Made by a program: the position numbers and the translations under genes. Positions 10,193 to 21,622 of a DNA stretch of 64,000 nucleotides are shown here, piece by piece; the first letter of the stretch is position 1, and each line of letters starts with the position of its first letter. The DNA is from Nitrospirota bacterium (GTDB taxonomy: Bacteria > Nitrospirota > UBA9217), in the NCBI GenBank assembly GCA_963741205.1, contig CAVUHW010000043.1, positions 35,500 through 99,499 of the forward strand. The letters run 5' to 3'. Under the pieces are notes generated by a model. The model did not search any database, was not told the DNA's origin, and was given only the letters and a program-made list of their open reading frames with translations.

Positions 10193-11005
10193 ATGAACCG
10201 AATTATGCCGGGCAATAATATTATGACGCCGAAAGATATCATGCTCTCAGGAAAGCGGGTCCGTGTCTTCACCAGCGGAACGGGGCCGGGGCTCTTGCTG
10301 CTCCACTCCGCGTGGGGAGACGCAGTAATGAGCTGGGCGCCCGTGTGGAACGGTCTCAGCGAGTTCTTCACTGTTATCGCGCCTGACCTGCCCGGTTTCG
10401 GAGCATCGGAGCCGCTTGATGTACCAACGCTCGCAGCAAATGCCAGGGTCATGAAGGAACTACTCGACGCTCAGAAGATCAACGCCGCCATCGTTGCCGG
10501 CAATTCCTTCGGCGCTGCCGTAGCCATTGAGTTCGCCTCATCCTTTCCTGGACACACCCTCAGCGTCGTGCTGGTGAACGGCGGGTACCTGCCCCGGCTT
10601 CCCGGGTTCGTGAGAAAGCTGATCTCTTTGCCGATCGTGGAAAAGCGTTTCCGCGCTTTGATGCGGAACATGAGCTGGTCGGACAAGGCATTCGCGAAAG
10701 GCTTCCCGAACCCCGGCAAGCTGCCCCCGCTGTTTTTCGACCGGATACGCCTGAACGAAGGGAAACAAGCCCCGATCGTCTTCAATACGTTCATGCGACA
10801 GACACAATCGCAGGTACCGCCACCGGTCCCCGCCGCGATGATCTGGGGTACAGGAGACAGGCTCGTCACCATGAGGCAGGCGGGAATCATCCGCAAGTGG
10901 CTCGGCAAGCCGGACTTCGTACCTATTGACGGTGCGGGCCATATGCCTCAGGTGGAACGGCCCGCGGAGTTTGTGGAGGCAATGAAGAAGATAGGGCAGA
11001 TGTGA
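10193..11005 (+). CDS. Alpha/beta hydrolase fold protein
   Basis: LLLLH, VIAPDLPGFGAS, GNSFG nucleophile elbow, WGTGD, GAGHMPQVERP. Confidence 0.9.
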   Translation: MNRIMPGNNIMTPKDIMLSGKRVRVFTSGTGPGLLLLHSAWGDAVMSWAPVWNGLSEFFTVIAPDLPGFGASEPLDVPTLAANARVMKELLDAQKINAAIVAGNSFGAAVAIEFASSFPGHTLSVVLVNGGYLPRLPGFVRKLISLPIVEKRFRALMRNMSWSDKAFAKGFPNPGKLPPLFFDRIRLNEGKQAPIVFNTFMRQTQSQVPPPVPAAMIWGTGDRLVTMRQAGIIRKWLGKPDFVPIDGAGHMPQVERPAEFVEAMKKIGQM

Positions 11006-11143
11006 GGTAAACTTCCGGGGGGCAAGTTTATACTACCGGACTTTTATAGAGGTTTTACTAAAAGCTCTTTTAAACCGTCACGCTCGGTGTAGCTTTATTT
11101 ACAATCGTGTGAGACCGGTCTGAGCAGCCGCAATCAGAGATGC

Positions 11144-11180
11144 AAAAAATAACGGCGGGGTCCAAGAGGCCCCGCCGTTT
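11144..11180 (-). terminator. Rho-independent terminator of the hem operon
   Basis: aacggcgggg...ccccgccgtt stem with A6 on the plus strand (U-tract on minus), 30 nt past the hemY stop. Confidence 0.7.
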
Positions 11181-11212
11181 GCATTTCGTGCGACTCATCA
11201 ACGTGCGGTCGC

Positions 11213-12638
11213 TCAGCACTTCAGTATCTTTTCCGCCGCGATCTGCGCCTCATGGATGCAGTCGCCGATGCCGATGCCCTTGTACGAGCAGCCGATGACG
11301 TGCAGTCCCGGGTGGACCGCAAGGGTCCGGTCGAGCTGGCCGATGCGTTCCAGGTGTCCTACCGTGTATTTCGGCATGCCCTTGTACCAGCGGTAAACCT
11401 TGGAAAACTTGGCGTCGGCCTTGAGGCCGAGAATCGTGTCGAGCTCTTCCTGCACCATGTCGACCATGCCGGCATCGTCGAGGTCGTGGACCAGCTCTTC
11501 GTGATGGCCGCCGCCCACGAAGACGCGGATAAGAACATGATCGTCGGGGCCGCGGTTCGACCATTTGATGGAGCTGAAGGTCGCCGCGTTGACCCGTCTT
11601 CCCTCGACGCGGGGGACGATGAAGCCGAACCCGTTCAAGGGGACCTTGACGTCCTCTTTCCGGAAGGCGATGGAGACCGTGGCAGACGAGGACCATTCGA
11701 TCTTGTTCAACTGCTCCGCGAGCGCCGCATCGAATCCCTTGACCATCCCCGCCGCATCATACGCGGCAGACGCGATCATGACGTGGTCTGCTTCGAGGGT
11801 CTCGCCGCTTTCGAGGACAACGGCATATCCCTTGTACCTCGGTTCAATTGCCTTGACCGAGGCGCCGGTGCGGATCGATTCCCCGCCGATGTACTCGGCG
11901 CAGGCCCGGGACAGGGTCTGCATGCCGTTCTTGAAGCTCATGAAGTAGGTCATCTTCGGGGCGCCGGGCTTGGGCGGAGGGCCGGAGAGCGTCGCATGGG
12001 GCCGGTTCTTCATCGCGGAAATCATGCCCATGATCAGGCTGCCGCTCTTCCGTTCCATCTCGACGAAGCGCGGAAAGGTCGCCAGCACGCTCATGTTGTC
12101 CGGGTTCGAGGTGTGGATGCCGGCCACGAGCGGCTCCGCGATCTTTTCGAGGCATTCCCGCCCCAGTCTTCGCGTGACGAAGGAGGCGAGGCTTTCATCC
12201 TCCGGGTACCTGCGCTTCGGCATGAATACCTCCATGCCCATGCGGATTTTGCCGGGCCAGGAGATGAGGCTGGACTTGGCCATGGGCCAGAACGACGTGG
12301 GCACCATGAGCATCACGCCCTCGGGCAGGGAGTGGAGCCTGTTTTTTGAATAGATGAACGTACCCTTGAACTGGTCGTTCGAAGGCAGCATCTCCGGTTC
12401 AAGCCCCATGTGCTTCGCAAGGTTCACGCTCCAGACCTTCTCCGGGAAGAAAACTGTCCGGACCGCCCTCGACCAGGAATTGGTCGTGCTTTTCGGTCAG
12501 GATCTTGCCGCCGATTCGGTTGTTCTTTTCGAGCACGAGGAGGTCAATGGTCTTGTCGTAGGCCTTGGCCCCGGTCTTTAAGTGAACGGCGGCGGCCAGC
12601 CCGGCGATCCCTCCGCCTATGATGATGATTTTCGGCAT
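11213..12638 (-). CDS. hemY: HemY/CgoX-type (copro/proto)porphyrinogen oxidase (indel near 12440)
   Basis: IIGGGIAGLAAA, VEGGPDSFL, DESLASFVTRRLGRE, GMPKYTVGH, GIGIGDCI. Confidence 0.92.
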
Positions 12639-13114
12639 AAGTCAAATTCCTTTGGACGCAAATTTATAAAAAGATTTTTGTACGCGGAAACATCGGAAAC
12701 TGCGAAAGGAGCGGATTGCCTCTTGCCGCTGTTGAATACCCTCCGCTTCACTTCGGGTTTGGGTCCGAAATTCATAAGAAGTCCGACCTCGATCTTTGTT
12801 GCTTTGAGGTAATTTAAAAGCTGCGCTTCATGATCAATAGTGAGGGTCCTGGCAGCTTTTATTTCCAGGATGATGCAATCTTCCACAATTATATCGGCAG
12901 CATATTCTCCGATTATTTGTCATCATAAAATACGTGTATAGGGATATTCGGTTCTGGCTCGTAAGCCCATTTTTACTAATTCCATCATCAACGCAGCAAC
13001 ATAAACCTTTTCCAGAAACCCGTACCCAAGAACATTATAGACCTTATAAAAAGCCTTGATGATCTTTTCCGACAGCTCCTTATGTTTGAAATCCTCAATT
13101 TTTGGATCCATCAT
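12617..13114 (-). CDS. GxxExxY family (PD-(D/E)XK-like) protein (indel near 12930)
   Basis: VYNVLGYGFLEKVY, ILEIKA, HEAQLLNYLKATKIEVGLLMNFG. Confidence 0.9.
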
Positions 13115-13154
13115 CCGAAACTTCCGCCTTTACCGCTCTTTCCGCGTCCACAAA
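12675..13154. mobile_element. GxxExxY gene bracketed by 42-bp imperfect inverted repeats with 9-bp CGG periodicity
   Basis: 12675-12716 vs reverse complement of 13113-13154: 31/42 identical without gaps. Confidence 0.6.
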
Positions 13155-13156
13155 GG

Positions 13157-14056
13157 TTATAGGTTTTTCTTCACCACGTCCGCCAAGGCCTTGATAAACA
13201 GCGGCGAGGTGTTCAGGGATTCGGCGCGCTCGAACGCGAGCCCGAGTTTTTTCGCGTGGGCCCGGTGCACGATATCGATGTCGTAGAGCGTCTCCATGTG
13301 GTCGCAGGTGAAACCGACAGGCACCTCGAGAACGGCTTTGTATCCTTCGTGCGCGATCGCGTCGAGCACGGGCTCGACCTCCGGTCCGAGCCACGGCTCC
13401 GTGGCCCGCGCCCCTTTGCTCTGCCACGCTACGCGCCAGTTTTTGATGCCCAGCTTGTCCACGATGAGCTTCACGGTCTCTTCGACCTGGCGCTGGTACG
13501 GGTCTCCCGCGGTGATGTAGCGGACCGGGATGCTGTGGCTCGTGAAGATCACCACAACGTGCTTTTGATCCCCGGTCCAGAAACGCTTCAGGCCCTGAAA
13601 CACATGCTCCTGCCATGCATTGATGAACAGAGGATTGTCATGCCAGCTCGCGATGAACGTTTTTCCGATGTTCCCCGGCCCCAGCGGCTCGAAGGCGCTC
13701 CGGTACGCGCCGGTCGTGACCTCGGTGGCAAAAGGGGACATCGAGAGACCGATGACGCGGTCCGCGCCTTCCTTGACGGCCCGGTCAAAGGACTCCGCGA
13801 CCGAGGGTGAAGAGTACCGGAAGCCTTCGTACGCCCGGTGGCCCTTGCCGAGCTCGCGTTCAAGGGCGGCTGCCTGGGCCTTCACCAGTTCCGGGAGCGG
13901 CGACCTGCCGCCGATCAGCTTATAGCGTTCGATGACCGCGGAAACAACGGGAGGGGGGGCCGGCCGGCCCATGAAGGCGGCCATGAAGGGGCCGACCTCA
14001 TCGAGCGACCGGGGGCCGCCCAGGGCGATGAGTATGATGGCGGTGTGATTGGACAT
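13157..14056 (-). CDS. hemH: Ferrochelatase (HemH/CpfC)
   Basis: LGGPRSLDEV, RYKLIGGRSPL, FTSHSIP, GDPY, WQS, WLGP, GFTCDHMETLYDID. Confidence 0.95.
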   Translation of the reverse strand: MSNHTAIILIALGGPRSLDEVGPFMAAFMGRPAPPPVVSAVIERYKLIGGRSPLPELVKAQAAALERELGKGHRAYEGFRYSSPSVAESFDRAVKEGADRVIGLSMSPFATEVTTGAYRSAFEPLGPGNIGKTFIASWHDNPLFINAWQEHVFQGLKRFWTGDQKHVVVIFTSHSIPVRYITAGDPYQRQVEETVKLIVDKLGIKNWRVAWQSKGARATEPWLGPEVEPVLDAIAHEGYKAVLEVPVGFTCDHMETLYDIDIVHRAHAKKLGLAFERAESLNTSPLFIKALADVVKKNL

Positions 14057-14063
14057 GAGAAAA

Positions 14064-14152
14064 TCAGGGGGCAGGGTAGCAGAAGTAGCGAAGTCAGCGA
14101 AGAGTCTTGAGACTTCCTGGCTACTGACCCTTGCCGCTTGACTCTTGACCCT
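14064..14152. repeat. Intergenic 7-bp periodic inverted element between hemE and hemH
   Basis: tcagggggcagggtagcagaagtagcgaagtcag ... ctactgacccttgccgcttgactcttgaccc. Confidence 0.45.
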
Positions 14153-15184
14153 ATCTTTTACTCAGCTCATGCGTCGCGTTGATGAACTCCGCTGCGTGGT
14201 CGAGCGGCGTCTGCTGCAGGATGCCGTGGCCCAGGTTCATGATGTGGCCGTTCCTGCCCGCGGCCCTGTCGAGGATCTCCTTCGTCCTTTTCCTGATGAA
14301 CTCCTTGGAGCCGAACAGCGATACCGGGTCGAGGTTCCCCTGAACGGCCTTGTCGTGACCCGACGCGCTTCCAGGCCGCATCGAGGTCGCAGCGCCAGTC
14401 AAGGCCGATCACGTCTCCGCCCGCCTCGGAGACCATCTCCAGGAGATGGGTGGCGCCGTGGGCGAAGTGGATGAGCGGAACGGTCTTCTTGATCCCGGCG
14501 ATCACGTTCTTCTGGTGCGGCAGCACGAACTCGCGGTAGTCGCTCGGCCCCAGGGCCCCGACCCAGGAGTCGAAGACCTGGACCGCCTGCACGCCGATAT
14601 CGATCTGGGCGTTCAGGTAGTTGATGATGACGCCGGTCAGATGCTCCATGAGCTTGTGCCAGGCCTTGGGCTCCGCGAACATCATGGCCTTGGCGTGCTC
14701 GTAGTTCCGCGACCCGCCGCCCTCGATGATGTAGGAGGCGAGCGTGAACGGCGCGCCCGTGAACCCGATGAGCGGCACCTTGCCGTCAAGCTCCTTCAGC
14801 ACGATCTTGATGGCCTTCATGAGATAGTCGATCTGCGTTGCGGCGTCGATGGGCTTGAGCTTCTCCACGTCGGCCAGGGTGCGCACGGGATTATGGATCA
14901 CCGGGCCCTCGCCCTTGGCGAATTCGAGCCCGACCCCCATGGGCTCGAGCGGCAGCAGGATGTCGGCGAAGATGATGGCGGCGTCGATCTCGTAGCGCCG
15001 AACCGGCTGGATCGTCACCTCGGCGGCAAGCTCCGGCGTCTTGCACATCTCGAGGAAGCGTGTGCTTTGCCCGGATCTCGCGGTACTCGGGCAGGTATCT
15101 TCCCGCCTGCCGCATCATCCATACCGGGGTGCAGTCAACCTGCTCGCGCCTGCATGCCTTCAAAAACCTGTCTGCTCTGGACAT
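14151..15184 (-). CDS. hemE: Uroporphyrinogen decarboxylase (two indels)
   Basis: [56 protein letters not shown]. Confidence 0.96.
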
Positions 15185-15384
15185 CCGTCGTGCTCTCCCT
15201 GTCGGCGTTGGAATGAATGAATACGGTGGTGCGAAGGTTCATAATAGTATTTTGCGGTTGAAAACTCAAGAAAATTTTATTTGCAAATGCCACTCACGAA
15301 ATCACTCCTTCCGGACGAGGGAGGAAATCCCCCCCTCATCAAGGATTGCAATGCCTGGGGGATTATGGTATTTTCACACCGGAT

Positions 15385-16565
15385 ATGAAACCGTTAATAG
15401 CAGTCGTCATTCTTCTCTTGTCCCTAATCGCCTGCGCGCGGCCGCCCGCGCCGGTGACCAGGCCCGAGGATGCGCTTGCGCCCGCGCGGGTGCATGCAGC
15501 TTTGCGCGACGATCTCGAATTCCGGGATGTCGCGGCATCCGCGCGCCAAAGTCTGGAGTATTACCGGAAGCTTTCGCCGGACGCTGCGTTCCAATTCGGG
15601 CCTACCCGCTTGACCAGCCTCGACATGATCGTTACGCTCCAGGATTTTCTCCTCATCGTCGAGAATGATTCCCTGACTTCCGGGCAGAAGATCGACCGCA
15701 TCAACAAAGATTTCGTTTTCTACCAGGCCGCGGGTTCGGACGGCAGGGGTAAGGTGCTCTTCACGGGATATTATGAACCCATGCTTTCCTGCCGAAAGTC
15801 GGCAGACAGGACCCATCAATATCCGCTCTACCGTAAACCCGACGACATCATCGAGATCGACCTGACCCAGTTCGGAAACGGGTTTCCGAAGAACAAGATT
15901 TACGGAAGACTCGACGGCAAAAAGGTGGTCCCTTATTACGCGCGGGAGGAGATAGACCTGAAGAAGGTCCTTGCCGGTAAGGACCTCGAAATTCTATGGT
16001 GCAGCGATCCCATTGACATCTACGTGCTCCAGGTGCAGGGCTCGGGCAAGGTTGACCTCGGGGGCGGGAACGTCATCAGCGTTTTGTACGACGGCTCGAA
16101 CGGCAGGCCCTACAAGAGCATCGGGAAGTATCTCATCGATACGGGCGCCATCCCGAAGGAGAACATGTCCATGCAGGTTATCCGTGAGTATCTGCGCTCC
16201 CATCCGGAGAAACTCGCGGCGGTTTTAACCAGAACCAGAGCTATGTCTTTTTCCGGCTCGGCACCGGGCCGTCCATCGGGAACATCGGCGTTCCGCTCAC
16301 GCCCGGCCGGTCCATCGCCACCGACAGCAAGCTCTTCCCCAAGGGCGCGCTGGGATTGATTGTCGCACGGAAGCCGGTGATCGAGAACGGCGTCATCAAG
16401 GACTGGGCGCCCTTCACCCGGTTTGTGCTGAACCAGGACACGGGCGGCGCGATCAAGGGCGCGGGGCGGGTGGACGTGTTTTTCGGCCAGGGACCGGAGG
16501 CGGAGCTTACCGCGGGGAACCTTCAGCAGGAAGGGGAGTTGTATTTCCTGGTGAGGAAGAAGTGA
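15385..16565 (+). CDS. mltA: Membrane-bound lytic murein transglycosylase A (indel near 16230)
   Basis: Lipobox LIAC, FTGYYEP, LQVQGSG, NGRPYKSIG, QDTGGAIKGAGRVDVFFG. Confidence 0.92.
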
Positions 16566-16738
16566 AGGAAAAATAGAGACGCTTGTTTATCGGCTTAAAT
16601 CGTCCGTCATCCGCTCCTGAAAAAAGAGCCCTCCCGCCTACGTTCCCCATCGCGTGATATAATGAATATCATCGTTAACCGGCGCATGGCGCCATTTCCG
16701 CGCCGCCGACCCCCCCGGAGGAAAGCCTTTCAACGATT

Positions 16739-17460
16739 ATGTTTTTCGTGCCCAAGAGGAGGCGCGGTCCCGGAGCTGTCGGACCTCCCCCCCGAGACCT
16801 ACAGCCAATCCGAGCTCGCCGGGAGCCTTGCGGACATCAGGAAGGTCAACCGCTTCCTCGGTGACAATCATGCGACGCTCAAGTTCTTTTCGGCCCTGGT
16901 GTCGGGCATCGCGGCCGCGGACAGGCCCGTCAGGGTGCTGGACGTTGCGACCGGCTCGGCGGACATTCCCGTAGCGATCGTGAAGTGGGCGCGCAAACAC
17001 GGGATAAAAGTCGTCGTGACCGCCGTGGACCTCAACCCCATCGTTGTGCGCGAGGCCGCGGCTTTCACACGGACGTACCCGGAAATAACCGTCTCCGTGG
17101 CCGACGGCTTCTCGCTTCCCTATGAGGACGGCAGCTTTGACATCGTGTTATGCATGAAGACCCTGCACCACTTCAACGAGGAGGATACGGTCAGGCTGCT
17201 TGCGGAGCTTTACCGGGTGGCCGCCTTCGGCTATATCATCATGGACCTCAGGCGGAGCTGGGTGGCGTGGGCTGCTCATAACCGTGCTCACGAGGCTCTT
17301 CACCCGTAACAGACTTACCCGGCACGACGGCCCGATGTCGGTGCTCCGCTCGTACACGGATGCCGAATTGAGCGCCCTGGCCGACAGGGCGGGCCTCGCG
17401 GGCCACAGGGTGGCGAGGGCGCCGTTCTGGCTGATGGTACTATCCGGGAGGAAGGACTAA
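16739..17460 (+). CDS. Class I SAM methyltransferase (indels; start approximate)
   Basis: LADIRKVNRFLG, VLDVATGSADIP, FDIV...LHHF, DLRRS, HDGPMSVLRSYT. Confidence 0.8.
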
Positions 17461-17461
17461 G

Positions 17462-18685
17462 ATGAAAAAATTCGGCATGTCTGTCGCGACCAACTTCGAT
17501 GACGGGCTCCTTGACGCCATTTCGGGATATCCGGTCAGAGAGGTCTTCGGCAAGCTCCAATCCGACCGCGTGGGGGGGGGCAGGGCCTCCTTCACGCTCC
17601 CGCCGCTTTCGCGCAAACGGTTCGAGCGCCACGTCGAAAAGGCCAAATCGAAGGGCATCGGTTTCAACTACCTCCTGAACCCCGCGTGCATGGACAACCG
17701 CGAGTACACCAGGCAAGGGCAGAAGGAGCTCGAGGGTCTCCTTGAGTATATCGAGGCAGCGGGGGTGAGCGCGGTGACGATATCGCTCCCCTTCTTGCTG
17801 CCCGTGATAAAAAAACGCCATCCCCGGCTCAAGGTCAGGGTGGGCGTCTACGCAAGGGTTGACGGGATCGCCAAGGCCAGGTTCTGGGAAGACGGCGGGG
17901 CGGACTGCATTACGCTCGAGTCCTTGAGCGTCAACCGCGACTTCGGGCTGCTTGCGGCCCTCCGCACGACGCTCAAGATTGAGCTTCAGCTCATCGTCAA
18001 CGCCAACTGTCAGCTCTTCTGCCCGCTCTCGGGCCAGCACATGGTAAACCTCTCGCACGCATCTCAGAAGGGGCACCTGACAGGCGGGTTCATGATAGAC
18101 TGGTGCGTCATGAGGTGCTCGTATGACAAGCTCAAGGACCCCGCGCAGTACCTGCGCTCCGAGTTCATCAGGCCTGAGGACCTGGGCATGTACCTCGACC
18201 TGGGCTACGACTCCTTCAAGGTATTGGAACGGGGCGCTCCCACGCCGGTCCTGGCAAAAAGGGTAAAGGCCTACTCCGAAGGCCGATACGACGGGAACCT
18301 GCTTGACCTCATACAGCCGTTCGGGTACAAGGAGAAAAGCGATGCGTCCCTGTCAAAGGGCCTGTTCAACAAGTGGAGGTATATGTTCAGACCGGGTATG
18401 GTCCGGTTGCCTAAGCTCATGAAGCTCAAGAAGCTTGCCGCAAAGCGCGGGATGCTTGCGCCGCTCGAGGGCGACCCTGTGTATATCGACAACAGCCAAT
18501 TGACCGGCTTCATACCGGGCTTCAGGGACCGGGACTGCCGAAAGACCGACTGCGGCGCGTGCGGCTGGTGCGCCTCGTACGCCAGGAAGGCGGTCAAGGT
18601 CGATCCCGCGTATCGCTCGGAGCTTCTCAGGCTCTATGAGGAGGCTTTCGGCGACATGTATTCGGGCGAGCTGTGGGGGATTTAG
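17462..18685 (+). CDS. Peptidase U32 family (Fe-S) protein
   Basis: GGGR, FNYLLNPAC, VNANCQLFCP...H, FIRPEDL, FKVLER, C-terminal Cys cluster. Confidence 0.85.
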   Translation: MKKFGMSVATNFDDGLLDAISGYPVREVFGKLQSDRVGGGRASFTLPPLSRKRFERHVEKAKSKGIGFNYLLNPACMDNREYTRQGQKELEGLLEYIEAAGVSAVTISLPFLLPVIKKRHPRLKVRVGVYARVDGIAKARFWEDGGADCITLESLSVNRDFGLLAALRTTLKIELQLIVNANCQLFCPLSGQHMVNLSHASQKGHLTGGFMIDWCVMRCSYDKLKDPAQYLRSEFIRPEDLGMYLDLGYDSFKVLERGAPTPVLAKRVKAYSEGRYDGNLLDLIQPFGYKEKSDASLSKGLFNKWRYMFRPGMVRLPKLMKLKKLAAKRGMLAPLEGDPVYIDNSQLTGFIPGFRDRDCRKTDCGACGWCASYARKAVKVDPAYRSELLRLYEEAFGDMYSGELWGI

Positions 18686-18887
18686 CGGAAAATTTTCATC
18701 GCAAAGACAACCCTGCACTCGCGAAAACGTACCGCTAGGCGAAGGCGAAGTCACGAGTAAGGTTAGGATTAGCCGGTATTAATCCAGAAAACATCTGTTT
18801 CGTTTTTCTTTGTGACTTTGCGACTTCGTGCGTAGACATCTATTGCTTCCGGTTTATTCGGGTCAGGCTCATCGTGAAGGAGGGCTC

Positions 18888-21347
18888 ATGGACATCAAAG
18901 AACGAGAAGTGCCGGTTTCCGAACTTCGTCATGAAACCGATCCCGCGGTGTTCCCCTTCAGGACCACGGCGGACCTCACGCTCAAAGACGAGGTCATCGG
19001 GCAGGCGCGCGCCGTTCATGCCATCGAGTTCGGCCTCTCCATCAAGAACCACGGATACAACATCTTCGTCTCGGGCGTCCCCGGCACGGGCCGCAACTCC
19101 ATCGTGAAATCGCTGGTCAAGCGCATCTCCCAGGACCTCCCGGCGCCCGATGACTGGTGCTACATCAACAACTTCAAGGACCCCGACCGGCCGCTCTCCG
19201 TCCGCCTCCCCCAGGGCATGGGCGGCGAGTTCCGGCGCGACGTCGAAAGGTTCATCGACTTCATGCAAAATGAGATACCCAAGGTCTTCGACGCCAAGGA
19301 GTACGAGGAACAGAAGTCGCACATCGTCGGGGAGGCCGAGAAGGCGAAGGAAGTCCTTTTTGCCGAGGCCGCCAATCGCGCGCTGGAGCTCGGGTTCCAG
19401 CTCACGATCCGGCGCACCGGGATCGTCAAGGTACCGCAGTGGAAGGGCAAACCGCTCACCCCCGAAGAGCTGGAAAAGCTCACGGCCGAGCAGAAATTCG
19501 AACTCGAGGAACATGAGAAGAAAGTGGACGCCGAGATACGCGACTTCCTGTCCAAGGCGCGCCAGCTCGACAAGGAGGCCCACGAGAAGATCCATGAACT
19601 CAACCGGCGCGTGGCGCAATTTGCCATGGGACATCAGCTTGACGACCTCAGGGAGAAGTACCGCATTAATCCCCGCATTCCGGAGTTTCTGAGCAGCATG
19701 GAGGAGGACATACTCGGCAACCTGCGCGAGTTCCTGGGCCAGGCGCAGGAGACGCCGATCCCCCTGGAGGGGATGGACAGGGCGAGCTTCCTCGACCGCT
19801 ACAAGGTAAATCTCATCGTGGACAACGCCGAGACGAAGGGCGGGCCGGTGGTCGAGGAGGCGAATCCCACCTACGCCAACATCGTCGGCCGCATCGAGCG
19901 AAAGTCGCACTTCGGCGCGTCTCTACACGAATTTCACCATGGTCCGGTCGGGCTCGGTGCTTCACGCCAACGGCGGCTACCTCCTCCTGAACGCCCTCGA
20001 CGTGCTCAGAAACCCCTTCACCTGGGACGCGCTCAAGCGGATCATCAAGAAGAACGAGGTGAAGATCGAGGACGTCACGGAGCTCTACGGCTTCGGCACG
20101 GGGGGGATCAAGCCCGAACCCATCCCGGTGTCGCTCAAGATCATCATGCTCGGCAGCCCCTGGCTTTACTACCTCCTGTACTACTACGACGAGGACTTCC
20201 GCGACATCTTCAAGGTCAAGTCCGACTTCGACACCCGGACCGCGGCATCCGACGACGAGAAGATGCGCTACGCGAACTTCGTCGCGAACATGGTGAAGAA
20301 CGACGGCCTGCTCCCCTTCGACCGGAGCGCGGTGGCGGGGGTGGTGGACTACTCCGTGCGGCTCGCCGAGAAAAAGAACAAGCTCTCGCTCCGGTTCAGC
20401 GACCTGACGGACCTCGTGCGGGAGGCCTCGTACTGGGCGGCAAAGGCCGGAAGCGGCGCGGTGACGGCCGAGCACGTGGACAAGGCGCTCGACGAAAAGA
20501 TCTACCGCTCGAACCTCATCGACGAGCGGATGCAGGAGCTCTTTACCGAAGGAACGATCATGGTCGAGGTCTCGGGTTCCGTTGTCGGCGCAGGTGAACG
20601 GCCTGTCCGTGTACGACATCGGAGACTTCGCCTTCGGCAAGCCGTCGAAGATCACGAGCCGGGTCTATCTCGGCAAGGCGGGCGTCGTCGACATCGAGCG
20701 CGAGGCAAAACTTTCGGGCCGCATCTACAACAAGGGCGTGCTCATTCTCTCGGGCTATCTCGCCGGCGCTTTATGCCCAGGACAAGACGCTCTCCGTGTC
20801 CGCGACCCTCGCCTTCGAGCAGAGCTACGGCGAGGTGGAAGGCGACAGCGCCTCGGCCGCGGAGCTCATCGCGCTCCTCTCCGGCATTGCCGAGGCGCCG
20901 GTCAAACAGAACTTCGCCATCACGGGCTCGATCAACCAGAAGGGAGAGATCCAGCCCATCGGCGGCGTGAACGAGAAGATCGAGGGATTTTTCAGCGTCT
21001 GCAAGAACCGCGGCCTCACCGGCGAGCAGGGCGTGATCATCCCGCAGTTGAACGTGGCGAACCTCATGCTCAAAAAGGAAGTGGTCGAAGCGGTGAAAGA
21101 AGCTAAGTTCCGCATCTACGCGGTCAGGACCGTGAACGAGGCGCTGGAACTCCTGACGGGGCTTCCGGCGGGCGAGCGCCAGGCGGACGGGACCTGGCCC
21201 GAAGGCACGTTCAACTTCCTGGTCGACAAGCGGCTCAAGGAAATGGCGAAGAAGCTCAAGTCCGACGACAAGACCGAGGAAAAGAAGGAAAAGAAAGAGG
21301 AGAACAACGAGGCGGCGCCGAAGAAAGAGCCGACGCCGGAGTCGTAG
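18888..21347 (+). CDS. Lon-family protease (LonC/AAA_32 type; several indels)
   Basis: VIGQARA, GVPGTGR, DWCYINNF, HANGGYL, QVNGLSV, EGDSAS catalytic Ser, IGGVNEKIEG catalytic Lys. Confidence 0.92.
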
Positions 21348-21473
21348 AGCCGATGGGCGTCATGGCCCCGGCCGTCTCGAAGGCCAAAAAGATCGAGAAC
21401 GAGACCCCGAAAACCGCCGAGGGCGAAGTGGCACTGAAGAAGGCCGCATAGAGAGAACATCAGCCTGTTTGTT

Positions 21474-21519
21474 CATCCCGCAGTCATCTCTAAAGAGGTG
21501 ACTGCGGGATGTTTTTTTT
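21474..21519 (+). terminator. Rho-independent terminator
   Basis: catcccgcagtcatctc-taaa-gaggtgactgcgggatg followed by T8. Confidence 0.8.
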
Positions 21520-21622
21520 AAAGACGATATGAAGAACCAGATCCCCATGTACAGACACGAAGGCGGGTTAGGGACGCAGCCGTAGACATTGACGTTTGAT
21601 GGATATATCGTTAATATAAGCC

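Noticed and set aside
11252-12349. Long antisense ORFs (also 18840-19910, 21674-22570, 29206-30048 and others)
   Set aside because: Shadow frames of GC-rich genes on the opposite strand, with no recognisable motifs
21352-21451. Tiny Lys/Glu-rich ORF after lon
   Set aside because: About 32 codons with no RBS or motif; cannot be supported
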